Assembly: GCA_907165135.1 (NCBI GenBank)
Contig: OU015567.1
Coordinates: forward strand, 11,284,001 to 11,348,000
Direction: 5' to 3'
DNA: 64,000 bases
Source: Oikopleura dioica
Taxonomy: Eukaryota > Animalia > Chordata
The translations under genes were made by a program, and so were the position numbers. Numbering within the stretch: position 1 is the stretch's first letter; each line of letters begins with the position of its first letter. The notes below the pieces were generated by a model, which saw nothing but the letters and a program-made list of their open reading frames with translations, had not been told where the DNA came from and made no database searches. Shown here one piece after another: positions 53,365 through 64,000 of this stretch.

Positions 53365-55846
53365 ATGTCGAACATGGTCACGAAGGATGATTTCAAAAAA
53401 CTTTTTGCGCGGCCGGAAATCATGAAAAAAGTGCTGGTGCAGTTTTGTCAAGCTCGTCGAGACGAGTCGATTGGTATAGGTCACTCTTGAAAATTTCAAG
53501 AATTAACCGGTTAACCGGCTGATTACCGGAAATCACGTTGTCAGCTCCCGTTTTTGTTCTAGTCGTCGGATTTTCATGTTTGAAACGTCAAAATGATCCT
53601 TATGATCAGGGCTTCTGTAGCCTCCGAGATGAGCCCCATGTCTCAACTCCTGCCGAGCTTATCACTAAAAGTTTGAATTTTACGCACTTTTTTCACTTTG
53701 AAAGTTCATAACGTAAAATTTTTACAGTAAATACTAATAAATCTTCTGCGGTTTTAAAAGAGAATAAAAAATTAATAATACCCACCGTTCAAAACTTTGC
53801 AACCAGCCGGTAAAAAAGCGCTGAATCAAAATTATGCCCTCCAATACCAATTTTTTGATTATATTTTTCTCCTCAAAGATCGAAACTATAACCGGGACAT
53901 TTTTGCACAAAATCAATGCTTTTTCTTTTGAAAGAAGATTTTACGGAGAATAAAGGGGTCTTTTTGAATTTCGAATTCCATAACTGGAACTTCTTGTATC
54001 ACCTCCTCCACTGCTCGCTTTTTTGTCAGGTTGACCAAGTTTGATTGTAGTAGACATTTGATGCCTTCTAGGACATTTGAGATGTTTTGTCAAGCGCCTG
54101 GATGAGCAAATCTCTTCTTGGAAAACTCGGCTTTGAGGAAACTTCAGTTAATTTCGAATTTTTCTCTTCGCTTTCAGCTCGGACGAGTTGGTAGACAATT
54201 GAATTCATCTCATGTTTTCAGTCCAACATCAATCAAATCTTTGAGCAGAATTTGAAAAAATGATGAGCGCAAGCTCACACACTCACGTAAAATTTCAAAG
54301 CAACTGCTCGCGCTCACTCACTCACCTTAAAATTGCGAAATCTCTGCTCGCGCTCGCTCATGGCCAAATTTTTGGAAAAGTAACGTCCGCGACCAAGCAT
54401 AGCCAGATTTCCGAAATTTTTCTTGATTTCATCTTTTAAGGGTACTACCTTCGATTCCCCCAAGTTTAACCTTGAAAAACTCAGTACTAAGTCATCTAGG
54501 AGGTCTTCATATAGGCTTTCCTTGATTTAAAAAACGGCTAAATTTCGGCGTGAAGTCAACATTTTTCCCAAAATGGCCTATGATTTGAGTGACATGATTG
54601 ACAACTGAGAAGCCGGGACTGATAAGAATTTTTCATTTTTGAACTTATTTGTTCTGAATGATCGCGGTTTACGTTCAATTGCAATAAAAATTCAATTAAG
54701 ATTTGAATATAATCAAAAAAGTGGTGTTTGAGGGCATTATTTTAATTTAGCGCTTTTTTACCGGCTGGTTACAAGGTTTTGAACGGTGGGTATTATTAAT
54801 TTTTTATTCTCTTTTAAAACCGCAGAAGATTTATTAGTATTTACTGTAAAAATTTTACGTTATGAACTTTCAAAGTGAAAAAAGTGCGTAAAATTCAAAC
54901 TTTTAGTGATAAGCTCGGCAGGAGTTGAGATATGGGGCTCATCTCGGAGGCTACAGAAGCCCTGATCATAAGGATCATTTTGACGTTTCAAACATGAAAA
55001 TCCGACGACTAGAACAAAAACGGGAGCTGACAACGTGATTTCCGGTAATCAGCCGGTTAACCGGTTAATCCTTGAAATTTTCAAGAGTGACCTATACCAA
55101 TCGACTCGTCTCGACGAGCTTGACAAAACTGCACCAGCACTTTTTTCATGATTTCCGGCCGCGCAAAAAATTTTTTGAAATCATCAAGCTGGATACCACG
55201 GGTGTGCTTACTGTCGAGGATTTCATCAAATCTTTGAAAAGTGGCGACTTGAAGTATCAAGTCAAAGCTGAAAAGCAAAGAAGATTTGGTGATGGACATT
55301 TTAATCGACCAGTTTAGGCTTCAAAATCTAAAAAAATATATTCTCTAATACAAATTTCATAGCCCATGAAAAGAGCTTGAATCTGTAACGGTCGATTCAG
55401 ACCATCGAGGCATTATTCTTCGCCCTGTCTTCCGGATGTCAGTCCATCATCCTGGTAATTACATAATTTTATCAACGAAAAATATTTCAATAATTTCAGT
55501 CGTTTGTCATATGAATGGCTGCTCGGACGCGCAAATTGCCCTGTCAACCTGGCAATCGCCAAAATTTTCGTCTTGGTCGAACCGATTTGGCAACGACTCT
55601 CTTTATCAAACTCCAAGAGCAAGTTCGAGGCATCTTCGAAAATGTTCAGAAGCCGGTGATAGCTGTGGCAGTCAAAGAGTAACGAAAAAAGTTCAATCAA
55701 TCGAGGAGAAGATTTGTGATAATTTTCGTGCTGCAGCTGATTTTGGCAAGAAAATGATCAATTCTTACATTTCCAGTGTTTCTGGAGGCTCCGACTATGG
55801 ATCAAAAGAAAGTGATATTAGGCAAGATTGCTTTCGATACTTTTGA
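53365..55846 (+). CDS. Uncharacterised gene interrupted by the foldback element (candidate transposon-derived intron)
   Basis: ATG 53365 MSNMVTK joins LDTTGVLTVEDFIKSLKSGDLKYQ at 55189 in frame. Downstream exons (..ELESVTVDSDHRGIILRPV..HHP/VVCHMNGC..CFRYF*) have consistent phase-1 introns. Confidence 0.5.
53386..55185. mobile_element. Foldback element with about 480-bp inverted arms and an about 840-bp non-coding spacer
   Basis: 53386-53865 is the reverse complement of 54706-55185 with few mismatches (near-identical in the outer 400 bp); AAG on both sides (53383-53385, 55186-55188). Confidence 0.92.
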
Positions 55847-55877
55847 ATAACTTAAATGTAGTAATCATGAAAAACTA

Positions 55878-56204
55878 ATGGCGAAAAAACGCGGAAACAC
55901 TCATGCAATGAGCCGTAAACTTCGAAAGCAAATGATCACGGACAACGAGCGTAATCGACACAAGGAGCGAGTAACGAAATCAACCCTTTACTGTAACACA
56001 CCAGGATGCTCTTGTGGAGGATTCAAGTGGGAAGATCTTCGAAGGTACTTTTATTATTTGAAAAATGCATAATTTTGTATATCTAGTGCGCAAACACAAC
56101 CTGCTCCAAGTTCTGCTCGAACACGGAGCACAGTATCTGACGGCGATTACTGTGTACATCAAAATCAAAGAACTCGACTTGCTTGGAAATATATTTTTTT
56201 GTAG
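55878..56204 (+). CDS. Small basic Cys-containing protein (two exons)
   Basis: MAKKRGNTHAMSRKLRKQ..YCNTPGCSCGGFKW; GT-AG intron 56045-56086; starts 31 nt after the upstream stop. Confidence 0.5.
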
Positions 56205-56223
56205 AAAAATAAAGATTGAATGA

Positions 56224-59200
56224 TTAAATTTCGTCCTCGTCTTCGAGGGACTCGCCAGCTTTGAGCTTGCGGATGATTTCCTTGAGCTTGGCGACTTCCT
56301 TGTTGTCTGCGTTTTTGGAAGCTGTGTTTTTGATCTCTTTGACTCGAGCAGCATAGGTCAAGGAAGTGACGGTTTCGTCCTGGTTGTACTCGACAGGAGA
56401 GATGTTTACGAACATAAGGGTCTTTGCATTTCCACCTGAGCAATTGATTAAAATTAATGGATGAGATATTCTTACCGAGAGAATCCTGCATAAGCTCAGT
56501 AAGTTTGTTGTTTCTGTAAGGAACGAATTGAGCTTCTGTACTGAGAGCATGAATGACATCACCAAGAGCTAAGATAAAATGAGCAAGAGAGCGTTCTTTA
56601 TATAAAACCTGAGAGCGATTTATTGATAGAATTCGCTTCCTTTAGCTGCTGCTGAGTAGCTCCCGTCTTTGCCGCTCTTTCTGAACCAGCCAAATCGATA
56701 AGTGAGAACTTTCCTCGATTGACGCTGCCAGTTGTCTTGTTTTTCACTTCTAGTAGAACGGAGAAGATCAAATGTGATCGAGAGGATTCGGAATTCATCT
56801 TTGTACTGGCGACTTTTCTGTTGGAGGTTCCTTTCTCGAAGATTCCATTCAACGCCTCGAGATCAGCCGCTTCTTCGATAACCGATCCCTGGACGTAGAC
56901 CATTCCTTTCTTATCCTTCTTGATCAAGTACTTCGCTGGAGCGTCGATTTTATCAGCAAGAAGGTCTTGAATTTGATCACAATAAAGTTCCATCATGTAA
57001 CAAGAGACTTTTGTCTCAAACTTGTCTTCATTCTCTTTTATGATTTCGAAAAGACCGCCAAATGCTCGCGGAGCAAGACCAGGAAAGTCTTCATTACCAA
57101 TCATGGTGAATGTTTTGCCGGAACCGGTCTGACCATAAGCTAGAACATAAATTAAGGAAATTGATAATAATCAGACTCATACCGAAGATGCAAACATTGA
57201 ATCCGTCAAAGGCTGATTGCAGGAGGAAGCTTGTATCGTTGAAAACATCTTCTTGCTTACTTTCAGCCGTGAAAACCTGGTCGAAATTGAACTCTTTAGT
57301 TCCTCGATTGGTTGTATTGATCTTGATTGTATATTCATCAGGTGACTCGACGACGTTGAAATTTCCGCGCTCTTTTTCGGTGTTGGAAATCGGCCTAGAT
57401 CGACAGTACACTCTGACCTTGCCCTTCATGTCCTCAATAATGTTGTAATATTTCTTTCGGAGAAGCATTTCCTTCTGGTATTTTTCGGTGATTTCTGCAA
57501 CCTCAGCCTTCGCTTCACGGAGCTCTTTCTGCAATTTCTTCTGATCAGCAGTAAGTTTTGCCACTTCTTCTTCTAACTTGTCAATTTTCTCCAAATCCTT
57601 TCCATGATTCTTTGTAGATCGCTCAAGTTTCTTCAATTTTTCAGAGTGTTCTTTGCAGAGGTCTTGTTGCTCCTTCAGTTTTTTCTTTGTTTCCTCATAC
57701 CGATTCTTGTACTTTTCAAGGTCTCCATCAGTTTTATTGAGTTTTGTCTGAACCATGGTTTTTTCGCGAGTCATTGTCAGATCATTCTTGCGAATCTGTT
57801 TTTCAAGATCATTTCGTTCGCGCTCCAAGACTTTGATCTTCGCCTAATTTTTGTCATATTTTTATGAAACATTATTAAAATCGTAATGATATCTTACCTG
57901 TAAGTCCTTGACTTGAGCATTGTCCCCAGTCCTGTTTCCTCTTACGGCAGCTGCTGCAACTGCAGTTGCTGCTCGACGAGGATTGCGTTTTGCTTCATCT
58001 TTGAACTGCTCCTTTTGTTTGAGCTGTTTTTCTAGCTTTTCAACCTTTCGTTTTTCTTCAGCTAGCTGATTGTTGAGCTCGTGGTTGGAGCTGTCTAATT
58101 TCTTTAGCTGATCTTCCATCTCGATGGCATGCGTTTCAAGATCCGCCATTCGTTTCTGATCTTCAGTTGTATCCGGTTCTTCGAGCGATTTGACGAGAGC
58201 TGCGATTTTAACCTTCTGTGCTGCATCGTTCTCATCCGCTTCGGCTAGTTTTCTCTCCAATTCGATAACATCGGCTTTGAGTTTTTCTACGAGCTCGCTT
58301 TGGTCTTCCATCAATTCAAGTTGCATCTGCGTTGTGTAGAATTTCTCCAAGAGTTCTTCGTCATTCATGATTTGGTCTGCAACTTGTTTTTCTTGATTAG
58401 CAGTGCCGGCTTCCATCGCAGCGACCTTTGTCATGAGCTCTTCGTTCTCGCATTTGGCTTCTCGAAGCTCATTTTCGAGTTCTTTAACGTACGAGTCGTC
58501 GTGAGTTCCTACTAGCGGGCCATCCGGGACAGAATCACCAGAATCGCCACTATTTTTGACGTGAGAAGCAACAGCAACTGCGCCCCCGGCTTTGAGGGCG
58601 GCATTTTCTCTTTTCAGGTCTTCGATCTCATTGCTGAACTTTTTTCGATCAGTTTCAGCTTTTTCGATGACTTCTTTCATGTCATCGCCGTAATTGGCCT
58701 CACGCTTTTCTTTTTCTTGCTTGAAAGCCAGGAGAAGGCATTTGAGTTGTTCTTTTAGTCTTCCATTCTGCTGTCTCAAATTTGTCATGTGGCCGTTCAT
58801 CTGCTCGGATTTTGTATCTTAGATCAAATTCAGTGTTAAATAAGGACAAAGTATGCATACCCAAATCAGACTTGGCTGCTTTGTACGCCTTTCTCATAAC
58901 TTCATATTTGATGGAGTACTGAGATTTCATTTGGACAACAAACGCTGAAAAATGTCCGTTTGCCTCGACCTCGATTTCTTTGTACTTTTGCTCAAGATTT
59001 CGGATGTCTTTGAGAAACGCTTGTTTTATCCCATCATTTTGTGCAAGAATCTTGGCAATATATGCCTTTGCAGTATCGTATGGGATGTATTGTCGCTCAT
59101 TTTTGCTTAAATTATTATTTCGTTTCAAAAGTGACTTTGCTTCTACTCACTTGAGAACAACTTGCGTGGAAAGATCAAGCTGAACGGGTGCCTCCTCGTT

Positions 59201-59872
59201 GTTTTCAGTTTTAGGGGCAACCTGCTCGGTTTGAAGTTTATTAGCAAGGTCGTCTGGCATCCATTCCGGTTGTTTCCAAGCGTCGAGGTCTGTATTCGAA
59301 AGCGTCGTCTTTGTTCTTGGTTCAGCAGAGAATATCGCCGGGTCAACCCGCATCGATTGCGAAGATGTTGGCCGAGAATCACCCGACTCAAGTGCAAATG
59401 GAACCACTTGATTCTTCTTTGGCGCAGGAGAAGTAACTCGCGAAGACTTTGGTGTCATCTCTTCGAGTGGAATTTCCTCAACTTTTGATACTTTTGATGA
59501 ATTCGAGATCTTGGAGCTCTCTCTTTCCATTGGCAACGCGTCTGCTTCCGGAGTTGGTTGAACTTCTGGTTCTACGACCTCAATAGGAGCAGGCTCAGCG
59601 GCGACTGGATCATCTTCTATTTCAGCCATCGGGATTTTGAAATCGAACATATTCTCTAAGTTTTCCTTTAAATCCACATCAGCAGGTTTTTCAGGCTCAG
59701 GTTCATGTACTGGCTCTGGACTGACAACATTTTTGGCTCTTTTCTTCTTTTTCTTCCCATCTTTGTCTTTTTCTTTCTTTTTCTTCTTCTTTTTCGCTAT
59801 TCCTGCGCTGACTTGAACCTCTTCTTGAACAGCTTCATTCTCTGGTGAAATTTCCTCTTGTGCTTCTTCCAT
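56224..59872 (-). CDS. C-terminal-motor kinesin-14 of KCBP / kinesin-C type
   Basis: Long coiled coil; neck LRKKYYNIIEDMKGKVRVYCR; P-loop AYGQTGSGKT; NSESSRSH; DLAGSER; GGNAKTLMFVN; C-terminal helix KEVAKLKEIIRKLK followed by an acidic tail. Confidence 0.95.
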
Positions 59873-60072
59873 TTTTTTTTGATAATTTTCAATGTCTTGA
59901 AAGAGCAATAGAACTCGTACAGTTTATGACAATGAGACAAAGCAAAGACGTTTCTATTTGAATAGAGCCCATTTTGCTCTTACTATTTGCTCACTCAGTG
60001 CTACATCAAACGAAAGACAAAATCAGCGGAAAGGCAAGTTTATTAGAATTAATGGGCAGTTTAATTTCAAAT

Positions 60073-62335
60073 TTATTGAGGAGGTTGATGGGGATGATGC
60101 GGGTGTTGATTCTGTTGCTGCTGTTGGAAAAATGCGAGCTCGGCTGCATTTGGTTGTCTTCTGAAACGGAGAATAGAAACTGATTATTTGTTCAAAATTA
60201 CCTTCCATGCTCAGAAAAATGTGCGGGTCGTGGTCCTAACGCGCCAAGTCCTTGAAGATTCATCCCAGCTAATGGATTTTGACCTGAGTCAAGATTAATT
60301 TAACAAGTTTTCTTGATAGGAGATTACCTGGTTGAAACGAATTAAGATTTGGAATCGGAATTCCCATACTCGTTTTGAGTGCATTTGGCATTGAAGCCAG
60401 ACCAAAAGGTAATTGTCCCATGAGAGGATTTATCTATCGAAACATCTAATAGATCGATAAAGAAACAATGTTTTCGTACCTGCGCATTTGCATGCTGCTG
60501 CATTTGTTGGAGAACACTTGGATGCGGTAATCTTGCCGGTCCTGGCTGTTCCACTTTATGAGGCAATGAAACTTTTGGGTGCCCATTGTCTGGCTTTGGA
60601 ATGGGATTCATGGCGATTGTCTTATCTCGTCGTTGGTAGATGTTCAATTCTTCTTTGACTCGCTTTAGCTCGTCCTCGTACTGTTGAATAACATTCATCA
60701 ATCTGAAAAGACAGTGAATATCATCTGACAACAACGAATATCTACCTCGATTCTTTTTCCTTGGATTCATCTTGAATCTTTTTGAGCTGCTCTTCTGGTG
60801 TCTCGTTGCTCTCTTCCCCGATCTTTGGAATGCTAACTTTTTCCCCAACGCTGTCAATAGTGATTGCTGGTAACTGCATGTCTTTGATTTCAAATTTGAT
60901 CTGTCCATTTTGGACTGCTGAACTAGTAGAGACTGTCTTCGATTCCGCAAGTTCTATTTCTTGGCGTTCTCGCTCCCGACGTTTTCTTTCTTTTGAAAGG
61001 TGAGCAAGGACGTCTTGATAGGTCACGACGAAGTGGGTAACGTTGATTGACTCTGCTTTCCGGCTCCACTGGTGGTATTGAACATAAAGGCGAGGCTGAA
61101 CCCAGAGCCACTGTCGACCTTTTGTCATCAGTCTGTAAAGAGGTGCTTGTAGCTCTCCGCATTGCAACACTTAAAATGACCAGAGTTTACTTTACAATTG
61201 ATTCGAAAACAAGAAAAAAAATACTTACATTTGCCAAAAGATTCTTCAATCTTCTCCAGATCATCAACATGAACTAAATCGAAATACGACTTCCCCAATA
61301 ACTCCAAGCTCGAGTATCCTAAGGCTGAACAGCTCTTTCCTTCGACATGTACAAATTTTCCTTCCAGACTCAGGCGAACGGAGAATTCAGAGGCGTTTTT
61401 GTCAGTGATTGCAAGATCTTTGATGTAAAGAGGAGATGAGAGCCGACATATTCCAACAAAACAAGTGTTGTCCTCGGTGTTTACGTCTACTAAACTGTTG
61501 AGGCCACAGAATGTATTTTGAGTGAATCTTCTGAAAGTGCCCTTGAGAATACAGTGTTCAAAGTCATTGCTCAAATCCATCTCAGGATTTCCTCTTCTCA
61601 AATGACATGAGAATTGTACTTCGGACGATTCTAGCCCCTGGGGAACTGGGAAAGGCTCGACGTTATTGAGCATATGATTTTGTGAAGATTCTTGGGCTTG
61701 ACCCTGAGAAAGCTTCGCAAAAATATCGCTCCTTTCGGCGTCATGGACAAATTGAAAGAAAGACTCGTTCATCAATGTCTCTGGCGTGTGCCCTAGAAAA
61801 TGTTTTTAAAATTTTCTAATGATCTATAATTTACCTAAAACGGGTGTGATGTTTTCAGAAACATAAATGACCTGTCCACTTTTGCAGATGGCAATCAAGA
61901 ATCCATCTAGGCTTTCAAGCATCAACTGCGAAAACTCAGCGTTGGAAATGTACGGAGGCTTCCACTGCTCTGTGACTTCTTTTTGCTGGGACGTCTGCGC
62001 GGACATTTCCTTATTACGTTTTAAAAACGAGATTGTTGCTTGAAGAACGGTCGATTTATCCATTTTACGGTTTGATCCTGCAACAAGAGTCATTAACTCA
62101 TTGATGAGAATGTTGAACTGATCTCGACGTTTCTTTTCCGACTGATTTCGAGACTTGCGCTTTTCATCGGGTCAAAATGTTTCACTAACTTTAGATTGAT
62201 TTCAAGCAACATATTCAGTGAAAATTTTGGCCTTTCCTTCGTCTTATCTTTTTCATCCTCATTACCATCATCCAGGTCGTCTCCCCAGGCCATATTATCA
62301 TCGAAGTCCATGCATGCTTCTGTTTTAATATTCAT
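60073..62335 (-). CDS. Clock: CLOCK/NPAS2-like bHLH-PAS transcription factor
   Basis: [37 protein letters not shown] (bHLH); WKPPYISNAEFSQLMLESLDGF (PAS-A); YRLMTKGRQWLWVQ..YHQW (PAS-B/PAC); coiled coil IQQYEDELKRVKEEL; Q/H/P-rich end. Confidence 0.9.
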
Positions 62336-62571
62336 TTTGTTATTTGCGCTTTCTCTCCGAAAAAATATCCCGGCTGAAATTGATTTGTGTGAACTGTTCA
62401 AGTAATTTGCCTCGGGGCTCGATTTCATTCAAGAAGAAAACGGGGATGAGGGAAGGTTCTTGATTTGAACGACTGGCGACAGAGTTTTCCCTTGGGAGAT
62501 TGTAGCGCAAGAATAACTCGCTGAGATTGATGAAATAAAAGTTTATTTGAAGATCTTTCCGTAGTTGAGGG

Positions 62572-63330
62572 TCAATTAAGATTCGAATTATTACTCTCGT
62601 TGCCGAAAACGTAAGGTGGGTTGTTAGTCTCCAAGGAAGATCGGCGCATCTCGCAGGAAATGGCGAGGACCATGCACAGAAGAATGTCAGTAAGATAGAT
62701 GATTTCGAGGATGCAGGCAGTTCTCTTTCGCTGAGGCTAGCGAACATGGTTATCAATAACTAGTCTTAAATTGGTACCTTAATTTCGTCTGAGTCCTGGT
62801 CGTTTTTGATGAATGAGATACCAAACAAAATTGTGATAATACCGTAAACACCAGAAAGGATGCACATGATGCTACAGGAGAAAAGTCCATCAATCCAATT
62901 ATAAATTTCAGCGAAAATTCCCAAGCAAGCGGTCGTCATGAAAAACCTGAAAATTTATTTCGAAAGAAAATTAATGAAAAAAAATTCTTACATATTGACA
63001 GCATATCCGAGAATTGGAAGGAAATTTACGGTACCAAAACAACAAAGACGGCCTGAGATGAAAATGCCGACGAAAGATAGAATAAGGAAAAGGACAGAAA
63101 GAGCCAAAATCTAAAATCAAAATTTAGTTTCGTCAAAACTCATTCGTGAAGAATGTCCTGTCTGAAAAGAGTGAAACAAGCACGTGTTTGCCACGCCTTT
63201 TCATCCCTCTTCGTTTGAACTTACCATATACGCCCATGTATCTCTCTCGTCAGGAACAAGGGGTCCGTCAAGGTCAAAAATCCTGGCATCGTTAATATTT
63301 ATTTCTTATTGAGTTGTTTGTACGCTTCAA
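62572..63330 (-). CDS. Multi-pass membrane protein, claudin/PMP22-like topology (5' end unresolved)
   Basis: Spliced hydrophobic segments ILALSVLFLILSFVGIFISG, FFMTTACLGIFAEIY, IMCILSGVYGIITILFGISF, TACILEIIYLTDILLCMVLAI. Confidence 0.55.
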
Positions 63331-63725
63331 GAGTCTCTTTTCTTTCCAAAGGGGAATCACAAAGAAGGGCTTTTGTGCTGCTTTTGCTAATCCAAAAAAT
63401 GCAGAGACTTGCGTACTACCTCTCTGCTAGTGTTGGCACCTGACCCTGAGTTGGAAGGAGATAAATTCTTTCGAAATAGTAAACACCATCAGCTGGTTAT
63501 AAGTTATAACTTATAACTGGTTAATAACTAATAAAGGAATATTAATATCCATTAACGGTTGTGATAAGTTATCAGTGATAATATTTGGCGGGTAAGAAAT
63601 CTTTATATAAATATAGCAAATAAGCTTATGCAAAACATAGTAACTGTGTAAGAGTATCAAATAGTATTATTCGATCCGTGAGTTTTCTAGTAGGAGCCAG
63701 TGTTCCTATCGATCAGATAGGCATG

Positions 63726-64000
63726 TCAGCGCTTCAAAATCCATGAGTTCCGTCCACTCGCCATAATTCTTTGCGAGTGAAGCGGGCACTGGACGATCGG
63801 TGAAAATGGGCTGTAGTCAAAGGTAGAGCAACTCTCGATAGAAGGAAGCACGTCCGAATTTAGAGAACTTAAAAATATGGGATTGAAGTTTTGGAAAAAA
63901 TTTAAATCTAGCACCCACGAGAACTTTGCCAATGTCAAGAGCAAGAAGATCGAGCAGGAGCTCGAGAAGGAGCAGCAGACGATGAACAAGACCATCAAGC
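63726..64000 (-). CDS. 3' end of a hydrophobic (membrane) protein truncated by the window edge
   Basis: Open frame from the window end with MVLFIVCCSFSSSCSIFLLLTL; stop at 63726. Confidence 0.4.
   Translation of the reverse strand, partial: LMVLFIVCCSFSSSCSIFLLLTLAKFSWVLDLNFFQNFNPIFLSSLNSDVLPSIESCSTFDYSPFSPIVQCPLHSQRIMASGRNSWILKR

Noticed and set aside
53290-55299. Paralogous small ORFs MKFSRVTYTNRL.. and ..ARPEIMKKVLVQFCQ.. on both strands
   Set aside because: They are mirror images produced by the inverted arms of the foldback element, not independent genes.
1-64000. CRISPR arrays or prokaryotic systems; most short ORFs in the supplied track
   Set aside because: The DNA is spliceosomal-intron-rich eukaryotic sequence with no repeat-spacer arrays. 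Most listed short ORFs are antisense or off-frame shadows of the genes above, or start at non-ATG codons in AT-rich introns.

Overview
Intron-rich, very compact animal DNA. Many introns are 30-80 nt, and at least seven have non-canonical GA-AG ends; together with tight gene spacing this points to the appendicularian tunicate Oikopleura (inference). Host genes from left to right: a Robo-like Ig/FN3 receptor (+), a divergent Smad (-), an astacin-LDLa-TSP1-mucin protease (+), Meis (-), several uncharacterised genes including a ShKT-like membrane protein, two tandem Cys-rich/Kelch-like paralogs, a second astacin (LDLa/EGF), a DPP4-family peptidase, a KCBP-type kinesin-14, a CLOCK-like bHLH-PAS factor and a multi-pass membrane protein. 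Mobile DNA: a full-length Ty3/Gypsy LTR element with identical 256-bp LTRs (18881-25362), a TTAA-flanked MITE, a 9-bp-TSD Mutator-like MITE, and a 1.8-kb foldback element with 480-bp arms. The strongest lead is the foldback element: it sits inside an apparent coding sequence with an AAG target duplication, so that removing it as a GA...AG intron would restore the reading frame exactly. Several apparent frameshifts are single-base losses in homopolymers and are probably assembly errors. Exon structures were worked out by eye; outer coordinates of weakly supported genes are approximate.
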